DNA of 49,314 bases from Candidatus Anstonellales archaeon (GTDB lineage: Archaea; Micrarchaeota; Micrarchaeia; Anstonellales; J096). The first letter of the stretch is position 1. Every line of letters starts with the position of its first letter. The translations under genes were made by a program, and so were the position numbers. The DNA is taken from NCBI GenBank assembly GCA_038896535.1, contig JAWACY010000003.1, forward strand, positions 1-49,314. Direction: 5' to 3'. Below are positions 1 to 10,000 of this stretch, piece by piece. The notes beneath the pieces are model-generated. The model ran no database searches. It saw only the letters and a list, made by a program, of their open reading frames with translations, and was not told the DNA's origin.

Positions 1-932
1 TCTTGTAATAATACTATTGATTTTTCTTCTTTTATAATTTCATTGAACTTTTCTAAGGTTTTTTGAATTTCTGGGCCTTTTTTACCTTTTATCATTATTT
101 CAATTAGTGGTATAAATTTGGAGGTGAAATTGGGGTTTTCTAGGAGGGAGTCAAGAGCTTTGAATGCCTCCCATGTTGAGTATTCTGATGTATTTCTTAT
201 TATTGTATTTGCTATTGATGAGATTTTTTCTCCTAATTCTTTTGTCAACCATTCTTGTTTGAAATTGGGGTTTTCTAGGAGGGAGTTAATAGCTATGAAT
301 CCCTCTTTTGTTGATTCTTCTGATGTGTTTTTTATTATTGTATTGAAAATTGGGTTCGAGTATTGATGTAGCCATTCTGGTTTGAAATTTTGTTTTTCTA
401 GGAATGAATTAAGAGCTTCGAATGCCTTCCATGTTGAGTTTCTTGATGTGTTTTCTGCTATTGTTTTTATTGTGTCTAAGAGTTGAGGGTTGAAATTGGG
501 GTTTTTTAGGAGGTAGTTAATAGCTATGAATCCCTCTTTTGTTGATTCTCCTGATGTGTTTTTTATTATTGTATTTGCTATTGATGAGATTTTTTCTCCT
601 AAATCTGGGGTTAGCCATTCTAGCTTGAAATTGGGGTTTTTTAGGAGTGAATTAAGAGCTTCGAATGCTTCATCTCTTGCATAATCATTATTAATTTTTG
701 TCAAAATATTAGCGACTATTATCTTTAATGAGTTTTTCTCTTCTTCATTTTGTGTCCCTATTAATTTGGCCTGTATTCCCCTTGGTATTTTATCTTTGTA
801 TTTTTCTATTATATATTCTGCTCTTATTATCTTTCCTTCATTCCTTAGTTGTGTCCATGTTCCTCTAGCTATTTTTTGCCTTCTTTTTCCCCCCTTCCTT
901 TTCCTAGTTGTATTTCGTTTTTGTTTGTGCAT
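1..932 (-). CDS. Helical tandem-repeat protein, 3'-partial (runs off window; not in ORF track)
   Basis: Translated by hand: ATG at 932 (MHKQKRNTTRKRKGGKRGKK...), open to position 1. Five units of (AF/GF)xA(L/I)(N/D)xxLxNPNF...NTSxxST. Confidence 0.85.
   Translation of the reverse strand, partial: MHKQKRNTTRKRKGGKRRQKIARGTWTQLRNEGKIIRAEYIIEKYKDKIPRGIQAKLIGTQNEEEKNSLKIIVANILTKINNDYARDEAFEALNSLLKNPNFKLEWLTPDLGEKISSIANTIIKNTSGESTKEGFIAINYLLKNPNFNPQLLDTIKTIAENTSRNSTWKAFEALNSFLEKQNFKPEWLHQYSNPIFNTIIKNTSEESTKEGFIAINSLLENPNFKQEWLTKELGEKISSIANTIIRNTSEYSTWEAFKALDSLLENPNFTSKFIPLIEIMIKGKKGPEIQKTLEKFNEIIKEEKSIVLLQ
126..668 (-). repeat. Intragenic imperfect tandem repeats (unit lengths 135, 108, 123, 135 bp plus a partial fifth)
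   Basis: Unit starts at 668, 533, 425, 302 and 167, all in frame. Recurrent GAAATTGGGGTTTT and duplicated ~35-bp blocks. Confidence 0.9.
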
Positions 933-1128
933 ATATTTTATTTAGAGTAACGTTTTTAATTGTCTATCTATAACAATATGTTTTAATTGCTTTTATTGGC
1001 CATATCATGGATTTAACATTTAGGTTAAGCTTTTTATTCCATATTTTTATCGCCTAATTTTTGTATAATTTTTTTATAATTTTTAACAGTCTTTAAACAG
1101 CTTTATTTAAACAGCTTTATTTTTTAAC

Positions 1129-1698
1129 TTATTTCTTATCTGCTTTTTTAGTTTTTTTATCTTCATTTTTTTTCTCAACAACAATAACATCAGTTAATGA
1201 TAAGGCATGTTTTTGTGCTATGTGCCCGCCCTTTCCTTTCTCAGCTTCCTTCCTTTCTTTAAGTAATGCTCCAATCTCCTTTGTTAACTGTTCAAATTTT
1301 TCTTGTTCCTGCTTTATTAATTGTTCTAATTTGCTTATTTCTTCATCAACAATCTTTTTCCTTTTCTTTGCTTTTATCATTGGTCTGTATTCTGCAATCT
1401 TTTTCTCTATTTCTACAATATCTTTTAATAGCTCCTTTTCCCTTTTTGCTGTTAGTGCTTTTGTTTGTATTTTAAATTCAAGTGATTTAAGTTTTATCTG
1501 CAACTTTTGTAAATCTTGTTCATTATAATCATTCAACAACTTTTCAAGTGCCTCCTTTTCTATTTTTAAATACTTAAGCTTTTTATTGAGCCTTCTCAAA
1601 TTGTGCACGACTTCTCTCTTTGTTTTTATTTTTTCATTTATTTTTTCATTTAAATCCTGTTTTATATTTTGTACATTTTCTTGCAGACTGTTCTCCAT
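1129..1698 (-). CDS. Archaeal coiled-coil protein (COG1340-like)
   Basis: K/E/L heptad-rich. LEFKIQTKALTAKREKELL resembles the conserved core of this family. Confidence 0.65.
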   Translation of the reverse strand: MENSLQENVQNIKQDLNEKINEKIKTKREVVHNLRRLNKKLKYLKIEKEALEKLLNDYNEQDLQKLQIKLKSLEFKIQTKALTAKREKELLKDIVEIEKKIAEYRPMIKAKKRKKIVDEEISKLEQLIKQEQEKFEQLTKEIGALLKERKEAEKGKGGHIAQKHALSLTDVIVVEKKNEDKKTKKADKK

Positions 1699-1747
1699 AG
1701 CTAACCTCTTAAATAGAAAAATATTTAATTATATTAGAGATAAAAAT

Positions 1748-2185
1748 TTATAAATCAATAGCATAAACGTTTGCTAATTCCATATCATACAATTTTTGGA
1801 AATTGCAAGAAGAGAAAAACATTTTTCCTGCTTTATTCTGTTTTTTTACGAATGCAATCATTCTTGAAAGGCCCCCCCTTTTTCCTTCCTTTAATATGAA
1901 ATTCACGAGCCTTTTTCCTATGCCTTTTCTTCTGTATTCTTTATTTACTGCTATAAATATGATGGCATTTTTTTCATTCCCATAAATTTTGTGATAACCA
2001 GCATGTGCAACAATTTTTCCAGAATGCGTTATAAAATAATGAGAAGAAGCGCTTTTCAGGAATATATCAATGTCTTGTTTTGTTGGTTTTTTTGCCCAGC
2101 CAGTTTCTCCAGCTTTATAAAGTTCATATACAAACTTTATGTAATTTTTATAGAGGCCTGCTGGCAAAGTTTTGTGCATCTGCAT
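1748..2185 (-). CDS. GNAT family N-acetyltransferase
   Basis: Acetyl-CoA motif IAVNKEYRRKGIGKRL plus NKAGKMFF. Start moved from 2206 to ATG 2185 on TATA spacing. Confidence 0.85.
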   Translation of the reverse strand: MQMHKTLPAGLYKNYIKFVYELYKAGETGWAKKPTKQDIDIFLKSASSHYFITHSGKIVAHAGYHKIYGNEKNAIIFIAVNKEYRRKGIGKRLVNFILKEGKRGGLSRMIAFVKKQNKAGKMFFSSCNFQKLYDMELANVYAIDL

Positions 2186-2205
2186 AAATAAATTAGAGAA
2201 AAACA

Positions 2206-2213
2206 TTTATTAA
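2206..2213. promoter_or_regulatory. Putative bidirectional TATA element (GNAT / priL)
   Basis: TTTATTAA centred between in-frame ATGs at 2185 (-) and 2233 (+). Confidence 0.55.
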
Positions 2214-2214
2214 T

Positions 2215-3105
2215 ATGCCTATGAATAATTTTATGCATGCTTCTTTTTTCAAGCATTACTTTAATGATGTTGAGAAAATAACATTCTCATACGATGATCT
2301 TGAACTAGCATATAAGAGGTTGGCTTCAATAATGAAAGGAGAGAAAAGCATTTCAACACTGCCAACAGATATTTTTACAAAAGTTTTTAGGGCTGAAAGA
2401 GCAATCATAAAAGAAGCAAATAATGCATATATAACAAATAGAGTAGCAATTGCATATGCAAAAGCAATTTATGAATCACTTGATGAAAAAGAAGCAATGG
2501 AATTCTGCAAATTATTTAACATGGTAGTTGAAAAAAAGCAAGGTATTTATTATGTTGATTTAAAAAGCTATGTCAATAATATGCCATCTTCACAAGATTA
2601 TAAACTCTTTTATCTGCATGTTTCAGATGGCTTTGTGCAGTTAGATGAAAAGAAATTTTTCAGGTTTTTGCAAGAAGCGATAAGAGCAAAGCTTTCATTA
2701 ATATATGAGCAGGAGAGAGATGAAAGAGCAAAAGAATTTGCTGAGCAATTGAAGGAATTTATACCAAAGCCAAAGGTTAAATTTAACTTTGAAAAGCCGC
2801 CATGTATAGAGAGTATATTAACACAGCTTTATGCACATGAAAATTTGAGCCATTACAGCAGATGGGTGCTAGCAGTTTATTTAATAAATACTGGAATGCA
2901 AACTGACGAGATAAAAAAATTATATGAAAACCTGCCAGATTATAATGAAAAAATAACAACATACCAGTTGGAGCATATAAAAAGAAGGCAATATAAAATG
3001 CCTAGCTGCGAGAAAATGCTTATGTATGGCTTGAGAAAAGAAGAATGCCCGTGCAATAAAGGACTTATTGATAATCCATTGGCTTATAAAAAGAAAAAAG
3101 ATTAG
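2215..3105 (+). CDS. priL: DNA primase large subunit
   Basis: C-terminal Fe-S domain motifs PPCI, LSHYSR, TTYQLEHI, YKMPSC, C..C, NPLAY. True start may be ATG 2233. Confidence 0.9.
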   Translation: MPMNNFMHASFFKHYFNDVEKITFSYDDLELAYKRLASIMKGEKSISTLPTDIFTKVFRAERAIIKEANNAYITNRVAIAYAKAIYESLDEKEAMEFCKLFNMVVEKKQGIYYVDLKSYVNNMPSSQDYKLFYLHVSDGFVQLDEKKFFRFLQEAIRAKLSLIYEQERDERAKEFAEQLKEFIPKPKVKFNFEKPPCIESILTQLYAHENLSHYSRWVLAVYLINTGMQTDEIKKLYENLPDYNEKITTYQLEHIKRRQYKMPSCEKMLMYGLRKEECPCNKGLIDNPLAYKKKKD

Positions 3106-3127
3106 AAGATTAAATTAGAAGATTAAA

Positions 3128-4195
3128 TTAGAGATGTCTATATGCCTCCATTATGAGCTTTTCTGTAAGTTCCCATCCAATACATGCATCTGTTATTGAA
3201 ATGCCATATGCTAGTTCATCACTTAAAGGTTGGTTGCCCTCATTTATGTTTGATTCAAGCGAAGCGCCAACAATGTTTTCATTTCCTTTTAATCTCTGCT
3301 CTAATACATTTAGAAATACATGTTCTTGTCTTCTATAATCTTTTACTAACGCCCCATCCCTCTCTGTTAATGTATTATCATGACTGCAATCTATGATGAT
3401 TTTATCACACACATTTGCTTTCCTCAATTTATTTATTGCTTCATTAACAAATTCTTGCTCATAGTTTGGACCATTTCTGCCCCCTCTTAATATGAGATGT
3501 GCATATTTATTTCCAGATGTAGAAAATATGCTTAATACAGCATCTTCATTTATGCCTATAAAGACATGCTGTGCATTTGCTGCTTTTATTCCATTTATTG
3601 CCATATCAACGCTTCCATCAGTGCTGTTTTTAAATCCAACAGGCATTGATAGGCCAGAAGCCAATTCTCTGTGTAGTTGTGATTCACAAGTCCTTGCCCC
3701 AATTGCTGAATAGGAAACCAAATCTGATATGTATTGCGGAATCATGACATCCAATGCTTCTGTTGCACATGCTAGATTAAGCCTAGTTATCTCTAACATT
3801 ATTTCTCTCGCCAAATACAGGCCAAGATTTATTGCTGCTGATCCATCGAGATTTGGGTCTTTTATAAGGCCTTTCCATCCAATTATTGTTCTTGGTTTTT
3901 CAAAATATGTTCGCATAACAATGATAATTTTATCTTTCACAGCTTCTTTTAATTGAGATAATCTCCTTGCATAATCAAGTGCTTCATCCTTTTTATGAAT
4001 AGAGCATGGGCCAACAATGATAAGGAATCTTTTGTCTTCCCCATCTAATACTTTTTCTATCTCATTCCTGCTTCTTTTTATGAAATTTATGTCCCTTTCC
4101 TCGATTGGCAGTTTTTCTTTAAGCTCCTTTGGCTTTATCAATTGGCCTAAATCATTTGCTCTTATGTTATAAATATTGCTCTTATTACTTGTCAT
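3128..4195 (-). CDS. aroG: 3-deoxy-7-phosphoheptulonate (DAHP) synthase, class I-alpha (AroF/G/H type)
   Basis: GPCSIH, RTYFEKPRT, IGARTCESQLHRELASGLSMPVGFKN, DCSHDN, SITDACIGW. Confidence 0.95.
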   Translation of the reverse strand: MTSNKSNIYNIRANDLGQLIKPKELKEKLPIEERDINFIKRSRNEIEKVLDGEDKRFLIIVGPCSIHKKDEALDYARRLSQLKEAVKDKIIIVMRTYFEKPRTIIGWKGLIKDPNLDGSAAINLGLYLAREIMLEITRLNLACATEALDVMIPQYISDLVSYSAIGARTCESQLHRELASGLSMPVGFKNSTDGSVDMAINGIKAANAQHVFIGINEDAVLSIFSTSGNKYAHLILRGGRNGPNYEQEFVNEAINKLRKANVCDKIIIDCSHDNTLTERDGALVKDYRRQEHVFLNVLEQRLKGNENIVGASLESNINEGNQPLSDELAYGISITDACIGWELTEKLIMEAYRHL

Positions 4196-4348
4196 ATTGA
4201 TAATGTAGTAAAAACATTTTTTAATATTTTACCATATTTTGAAACTATTCATAAAGACTTTAAAAAACGTTAAAAGAATAAAGAAAAATAACTACATGGA
4301 GACATGGAGAAAAGGCAATATTTTAAAATGTTTACATAATTTATTAAT

Positions 4349-5068
4349 ATGCGCGCATTTATAAATACATTTCATGATTTTAGGAGGAGCTGGGATTCTG
4401 CTGTTTTACTTTCTTTACCAGCTTTTCTTGGAGTTTTATTGACTATGCTATTTTCTAATTATATATATACTGCATTAGGTAGCATTTTTTTGAGGGCTTC
4501 TGATATAGCTCTTCTATCTCCTTTTGAATTTCTCATTGCCCTTGTTGTTGTTATCATTGCAGTTTCTCTTCTATCATTTACTGTTATAGCGATATCAATA
4601 CTTGTAAAAGAGGGAAGGACAAACATAGATTTCACTTCTAACAAGGTTATTAGACGCATAATAAAGCATCTGCCCCAATTAGCATTCTTGTATTTATTAC
4701 TTTTTGTTCTTGGCTTTTTGATGCAACTTTTAAGCCTTTATACGCATTTCTTGCTTGGCTTTCATATTCTCTTATTCCTAGTTTTTGGTTTTGTTTTTGC
4801 AATGCCTTATGCAATAGCCATAGATGATTATAAGTTTGCTGTTGCATTTATAAAAAGTTTTAGCATGTTCATGAAAAACCCAGCAAATTATTTTGCATGG
4901 GTGATTTTTAATTTTGTAGCAATAATACTTATATCAAACCTTTCATTTATCATATTATCATATGAAACTGGCAGTTATGTTGCATATGCGTTAATATCCT
5001 TATTAGTGCTTCCATTTTCTATAATCCTTGCAGCACATTTATACATGGACAAATATCCATTATCTTAA
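4349..5068 (+). CDS. Polytopic membrane protein (~6 TM), unknown function
   Basis: Multiple hydrophobic segments. TTTTAAAA ~21 nt upstream of the ATG. Confidence 0.75.
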   Translation: MRAFINTFHDFRRSWDSAVLLSLPAFLGVLLTMLFSNYIYTALGSIFLRASDIALLSPFEFLIALVVVIIAVSLLSFTVIAISILVKEGRTNIDFTSNKVIRRIIKHLPQLAFLYLLLFVLGFLMQLLSLYTHFLLGFHILLFLVFGFVFAMPYAIAIDDYKFAVAFIKSFSMFMKNPANYFAWVIFNFVAIILISNLSFIILSYETGSYVAYALISLLVLPFSIILAAHLYMDKYPLS

Positions 5069-5343
5069 ATAGAGCCATCATAATAGAGCATATTATAATA
5101 GAGCCGTAAATCAATTATAATAGATGATAATAGTAGATATAAATATAGCCCAACCGTTATAAGTAATGCCCACCTCTATCCTATAAATCTATCATATTAA
5201 TGAATGAGTCATTTAATGCCAATTATGAATCTGTTATCTGCCCTATAATTTATCATAGCATTGGATAAGAAATACATGGATAAGAAAATAAGAAAGATAT
5301 AAAAGGCAGAAATAAGATTTAATTGCAGAAATGAGATTTAATT
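5069..5343. repeat. Intergenic cluster of short degenerate tandem repeats
   Basis: ATAATAGAGC-like x3-4 (5069-5125), TGGATAAGAAA x2, GCAGAAATRAGATTTAATT x2 (5306-5343). Confidence 0.75.
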
Positions 5344-5504
5344 CAAGAGTGAAGAGATATAAACATTAATAAGAAATAATAAATTAAGCGCCAAGCCTAT
5401 CTTCATATATAAACTCTACATGTCCCCCTAATTTCTTACTCAACAATTTCCTACTCAATCTTTTAATAAATTTCTTATAATGATTTTTATTTCTAATCAG
5501 CTAT

Positions 5505-6956
5505 TTATACTACTCCAGAAGTTTTCCCCTTCTTTATTTCATAATCAGTTGAACTTGCTCTGAACCAGTTATCATAATAATCTGCTAATTGCTCTTCTAT
5601 GCTTTTTGCATTTTTACTGGCTTCTATTATATGCTCTTTTTCTATGAGCTTTGAATTATTCAATCTTGCTAAATCCCCAGCAAGCTTTATTATCCCACTC
5701 AAATTTCTAAGCCTTAATGTAAGCCCATCTTTTTCATCCATTGATTTTGCTATATGTTTTGCAATGTTTATTAATTCCATAACAGCTTCTCTTGAGGCAT
5801 GTGCGATTTTTCCATCTTCGATAATTTCTTGTGCTGCAAATTGTGCAATTTTTGCCCTATTTAACTTATTGTCCTCCATAGCAATTTCCATTAAAACCTC
5901 ATATCCATTTCCTCTTATCCTGCTCCTTAATGCAGGACTTATTGTGGATAAATCATTTATATTCAAAGCCCCAACTAATATGAAGTCGCAAGGAACATTG
6001 TCAACTTTAACTATTGCTCCTGTGCTTGTTGGGTTCCTACCAGTTATTGAGAACCTTTTTTCTTGCATTGCTGTTAAAATACTTTTTTGGAGTTCATTGC
6101 TAAAGCTTGCAAGCTCGTCAATAAAAAGCACACCCTCATGTGCTTCATGTATTGCGCCAGCAGTTACTCTTAAATAATGTGGAATGCCTATTTCAGGATG
6201 CCCACCATATGGATCATGCTGAACATCCCCCAGCAGTTCTGTTTCACTTGCACCTATAACGCGAACAAACAAATCCCTATTTATTGGTACAATGACTTTC
6301 TTTTTTTCTGTCATGCCTTTGTAATAATCTTTTATATCTTTTTCAGTTAAAACTCTTATCATATCTCCTGCCTCTTCATAGATTACTATTTCCCTTTTCC
6401 CATCTGCATTTTTTCTTTCTGTCCTTATTGTTTTTCTCCTCTCTTCATGAATGTTTGGCATTATTAAATCGTCAAAAGGATTTGTTTGCTGTCTGAATTT
6501 TCTTGCATTGCAATAAGGGCATGTTTCCTGTCTTGGATTACTTATTTCCCCGCATCTTTTACATCTATACCCTAACTCTTCTGAAACAAATATAGGGACT
6601 TGAGATGGCTGTATAAGTTTTCCATATGTCTGCTCTTCTTTTGGCATATTTTCTATTTCAGAGCTGCTCTCTATTTTTAATAATGGTCTTTCTGGCCTTT
6701 TTTCATTATGAATAACTGATATTTGCCATTGTGGCTTTGGTAAAATGCTTGCTATTGCTTTTGCTATCATACTTTTTCCTGTTCCAGGAGCGCCAACAAG
6801 CAATAAATGCCTTCTCTGCCTTGCTATTGCTTTTGCTATCTTAACTGCTTTTTCTTGGCCTATGATTTTTAGAAATGGATCAAATGGAATTGGCAGTTCT
6901 GAAGTGTCATTAAAACTTTCAAAGTCCTCAAGCAGTTTTGCTTCAAACATATTCAT
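5505..6956 (-). CDS. LonB-related AAA+ ATPase lacking the protease domain, with Zn-ribbon insert
   Basis: IIGQEKAV, Walker A GAPGTGKS, LLGDVQHDPYGG, GAIHEAHEGVLFIDE, PALRSRIRGNGYE, LRLRNLSG. CKRC...CPYC insert. Ends after the helical lid with no Ser-Lys protease domain. Confidence 0.88.
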   Translation of the reverse strand: MNMFEAKLLEDFESFNDTSELPIPFDPFLKIIGQEKAVKIAKAIARQRRHLLLVGAPGTGKSMIAKAIASILPKPQWQISVIHNEKRPERPLLKIESSSEIENMPKEEQTYGKLIQPSQVPIFVSEELGYRCKRCGEISNPRQETCPYCNARKFRQQTNPFDDLIMPNIHEERRKTIRTERKNADGKREIVIYEEAGDMIRVLTEKDIKDYYKGMTEKKKVIVPINRDLFVRVIGASETELLGDVQHDPYGGHPEIGIPHYLRVTAGAIHEAHEGVLFIDELASFSNELQKSILTAMQEKRFSITGRNPTSTGAIVKVDNVPCDFILVGALNINDLSTISPALRSRIRGNGYEVLMEIAMEDNKLNRAKIAQFAAQEIIEDGKIAHASREAVMELINIAKHIAKSMDEKDGLTLRLRNLSGIIKLAGDLARLNNSKLIEKEHIIEASKNAKSIEEQLADYYDNWFRASSTDYEIKKGKTSGVV

Positions 6957-7080
6957 ACTAAGTTTTTATCAAGAGAATTTATAAATATTGCTCATTAATT
7001 TCCAAGCATAATCTCAAGCATAATTGACCAATTTAAATAGCAAAGGTTAAAGCAAAGTCAATTAAATCATATAAAGCTCA

Positions 7081-10000
7081 TCAAGGCTGCTGGCTTTGGC
7101 TATTGCCACTCTGGCCACTCTGCGCATTGCCACCCTGCTCATTTTGGGTGTTTTGATTACCTGTATTGCCCCCTGTAGTGCCACCACCAGTATTATTAGG
7201 ATTTTGCTCTTCTGGTTTTTGCTTTTCAATTAGCTGTCTTAATTCTTCTAATGGAGGTCCCCATGCTTCATTTAATTTGTATTTTGTTTTTTCTATTTCA
7301 TACCTTGCCATTTCTATTGACTTCTTTAATTCTGGATACCCGCCCCCGAATTTTTCAGTTTGTTCAAGCATATACTCTATTTTCCCAAGACTATTATTTG
7401 AAACATTTTCTATTTCACCACTTTTTACCGTATTAATAGGGACATTTGCTAATGATGAGGTCATACCAAAAGGCTGTGCTGCTTGAGGGAATACAGTATT
7501 GGCATAAATTGTACACTCATTCCCATTTTCTCTTGGTAAGCAAGAGCCATAAGCATTAGATAAATTAAGTGGATGAGAAAACTGTAATTCATTTTCTTTA
7601 TAATCTGGGAGATATTGTACAGTATAGCCACTTTCTAATCTTTTTAATTTAACTGGTTTAATTTCCATACTACTGCCAATCTCAAATGTTCCATTTGAAG
7701 CTTCTACTGTTTCTTTATCTACTGTTTCTTTATTTTCCTTTTCCATTTTGTTGTACTTTATTGATTCTACACTTCCAGCATAATTGTTCAATCGCTGATT
7801 ATTTAAAGCATTCCGAAATCCACCCATTATATATTGAAGCCTTTCCCTCTGTTGCTGATCATCTATTTTAATTTCATTGCCTCCAGCATCTTTTATTTTT
7901 ATTCCTTCTTCGGCTTGTTCAATTGTATAAGAGGCAGTGGAAGTTTGAATAGTAACGCCCCTCCCTCTTCCCACTTCTATTGATCGGATCTCATCTGGTT
8001 TAATTGGACTGTTAGGTAATTTTGATAATTCTTCAGTTAAATCTCTAACTTCATCTCTTATGGAATAATTTGTTCTTTCATATTCTTCTCTTAATTTTTC
8101 AACTTCTTTTCCTAATCCTATAGCAACCCTGCCATAACGCAATTCAGGGCTGCCAGTAGCAGGGTCAAATTTTATATCAACTTTATCTTCTTGCCCATCC
8201 TTTTTTATTATTTGTACTTCAATTCTTGTTTGCCCATTTTCTGTTCTAAATTGATACCCTAAAACCTTAGCCCCTTCCAGCTCTGGGCTAGCAGTAACAA
8301 TTGCATTTTGTATTCCCTTTATATTTTCTTCGTAACGTTCTCTCTCATATTTAGCTCCTACCAAAGAAGAAAGAATACGTTGTTCAATAACAAGCCTTTC
8401 AACGGGGTTTTCAATTCCACTAAGAGCGCCACTAAGAGCGTCTTTTATATCTATTTTTCTCTCACCTATAGTTAATTTATCTGGACTGCCCTCTTTATCA
8501 AATGTTATATAACCAGTTTCAGTTCTTCCATCTTTATTTGTAATTGTAATTCTAATCCTTGTTTCTCCATTAAAGGTTTCAAAATCATTATATGAGATCG
8601 CCTGTACTCCTTTTAAGCCATAGGCCTCAGATTGAGAAAGAAATCTAAATAAGTCTTTAATAGCATAAGAAGCAATCTCATCATGAATCATACTGCCCTG
8701 TTCTACGCTTTTTACTCTTCCATTATCTAAATAATATACTGAATTTGGAGTTAAGTTTGCATTTGGTGGAATGTTCTCTGATTCTATCCTATATTTACCC
8801 CCATCAGTGGTAGTTACATATAAAGATAATTTTCCATTTTCATCCCTTTTATATTCTATCTTTTCTATTTCGGTTGGATTTAAATAATTTACATAATTAC
8901 CATTTTTAGTAATGGTTCTTGCTATTGCAAAAACATTTGGGTCTGACATATTGTATGGATTTATAAAGTCAATTTTGCCATTGTCACCGAACTTAAGAGT
9001 GTCAGTCTTTAATGCAGATAAAATTAAAAGATATTCTGCTGGCAGATCTAGTTGAGCTATTGTTGTTTGAAGTGATTGATTTCCAATATTAAATGTTATG
9101 CCATCTCTGATATTGTAATCAACATTAAAATAGTGTGTCTCTTCAACCCTCTCTTTAAGATTAGTAAAAAATGGATTTGTGTAAGTAATTGAATGGCCCG
9201 ATATTTTTAGATCTCTTGCGAATATAATCTCAACCAAATTCTTTTCATCTTCATTATTAAATGTTACTTGCCTTGTTTTTCCATCCGCTTCTATATTTAA
9301 ACTCAAACCATTTTGAGATGTTAATTTATATACTTTTCCTTCAGTAGTTGTTATAATTACTACTCCTCCATCATTTTTCATCTCTACAATATTGTGCGCA
9401 TCAATTCCAAGGACTTGTGCAGCTGTTGAGCGTTGTACAGCTTCCTCATTAAGATGTATCACTTCCTCAACTGATCTGTAAGTTTTCCCATTTAAAGTAA
9501 TTGAACCTCCGCCCTCAAATTTACCGTCTTTTAATTGCCCTTCTATATTAATCTCTGTTGAACCATATATACTCCATGAAGAAATTGTTCTACTATATTT
9601 CTCAGCATTAGTTATGGCTACGCTTGTTGTACCATATTGGCTATCTGTTATATCAACTTTCATGTATTTTCCATTCCCAAAGTCAATTCTATAACTACCC
9701 TTGCTAGATTCTATATTTACTTTTGAGAGTGTGATTTCTCCATTGTCATTAAGCCCTATTTGGTTTGTGAAAAATATACCTCCACCAGCATCATTTATTA
9801 CTGCTCCAATACTTTTTTTCCCATCAGCTTCGCTTATGATATAAGCTGATGTATTATCATCTAAATTTGTTCCGGTAACAAAAATTTTCTTGCCGACTAT
9901 GTCTTTTGGCACGTCAGAAGGCAATTCAATAACTGCAAGTCCATCGCCAATTTTTAATATTCTCTTTCCATCCTTTTCTTCAATTGTAGATGCTATTTGC

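Noticed and set aside
118..366. 82-aa plus-strand ORF in the track
   Set aside because: Antisense shadow of the minus-strand repeat gene.
126..668. Possible CRISPR array or DGR template/variable repeat
   Set aside because: The units are in-frame coding repeats of 108-135 bp without unique spacers, and there is no cas or reverse transcriptase gene in the window.
5069..5504. Replication origin or ncRNA in a long repeat-bearing spacer
   Set aside because: No ORB-like G-string motif and no cdc6/orc1 nearby. The repeats look like the generic short duplications seen in other spacers.
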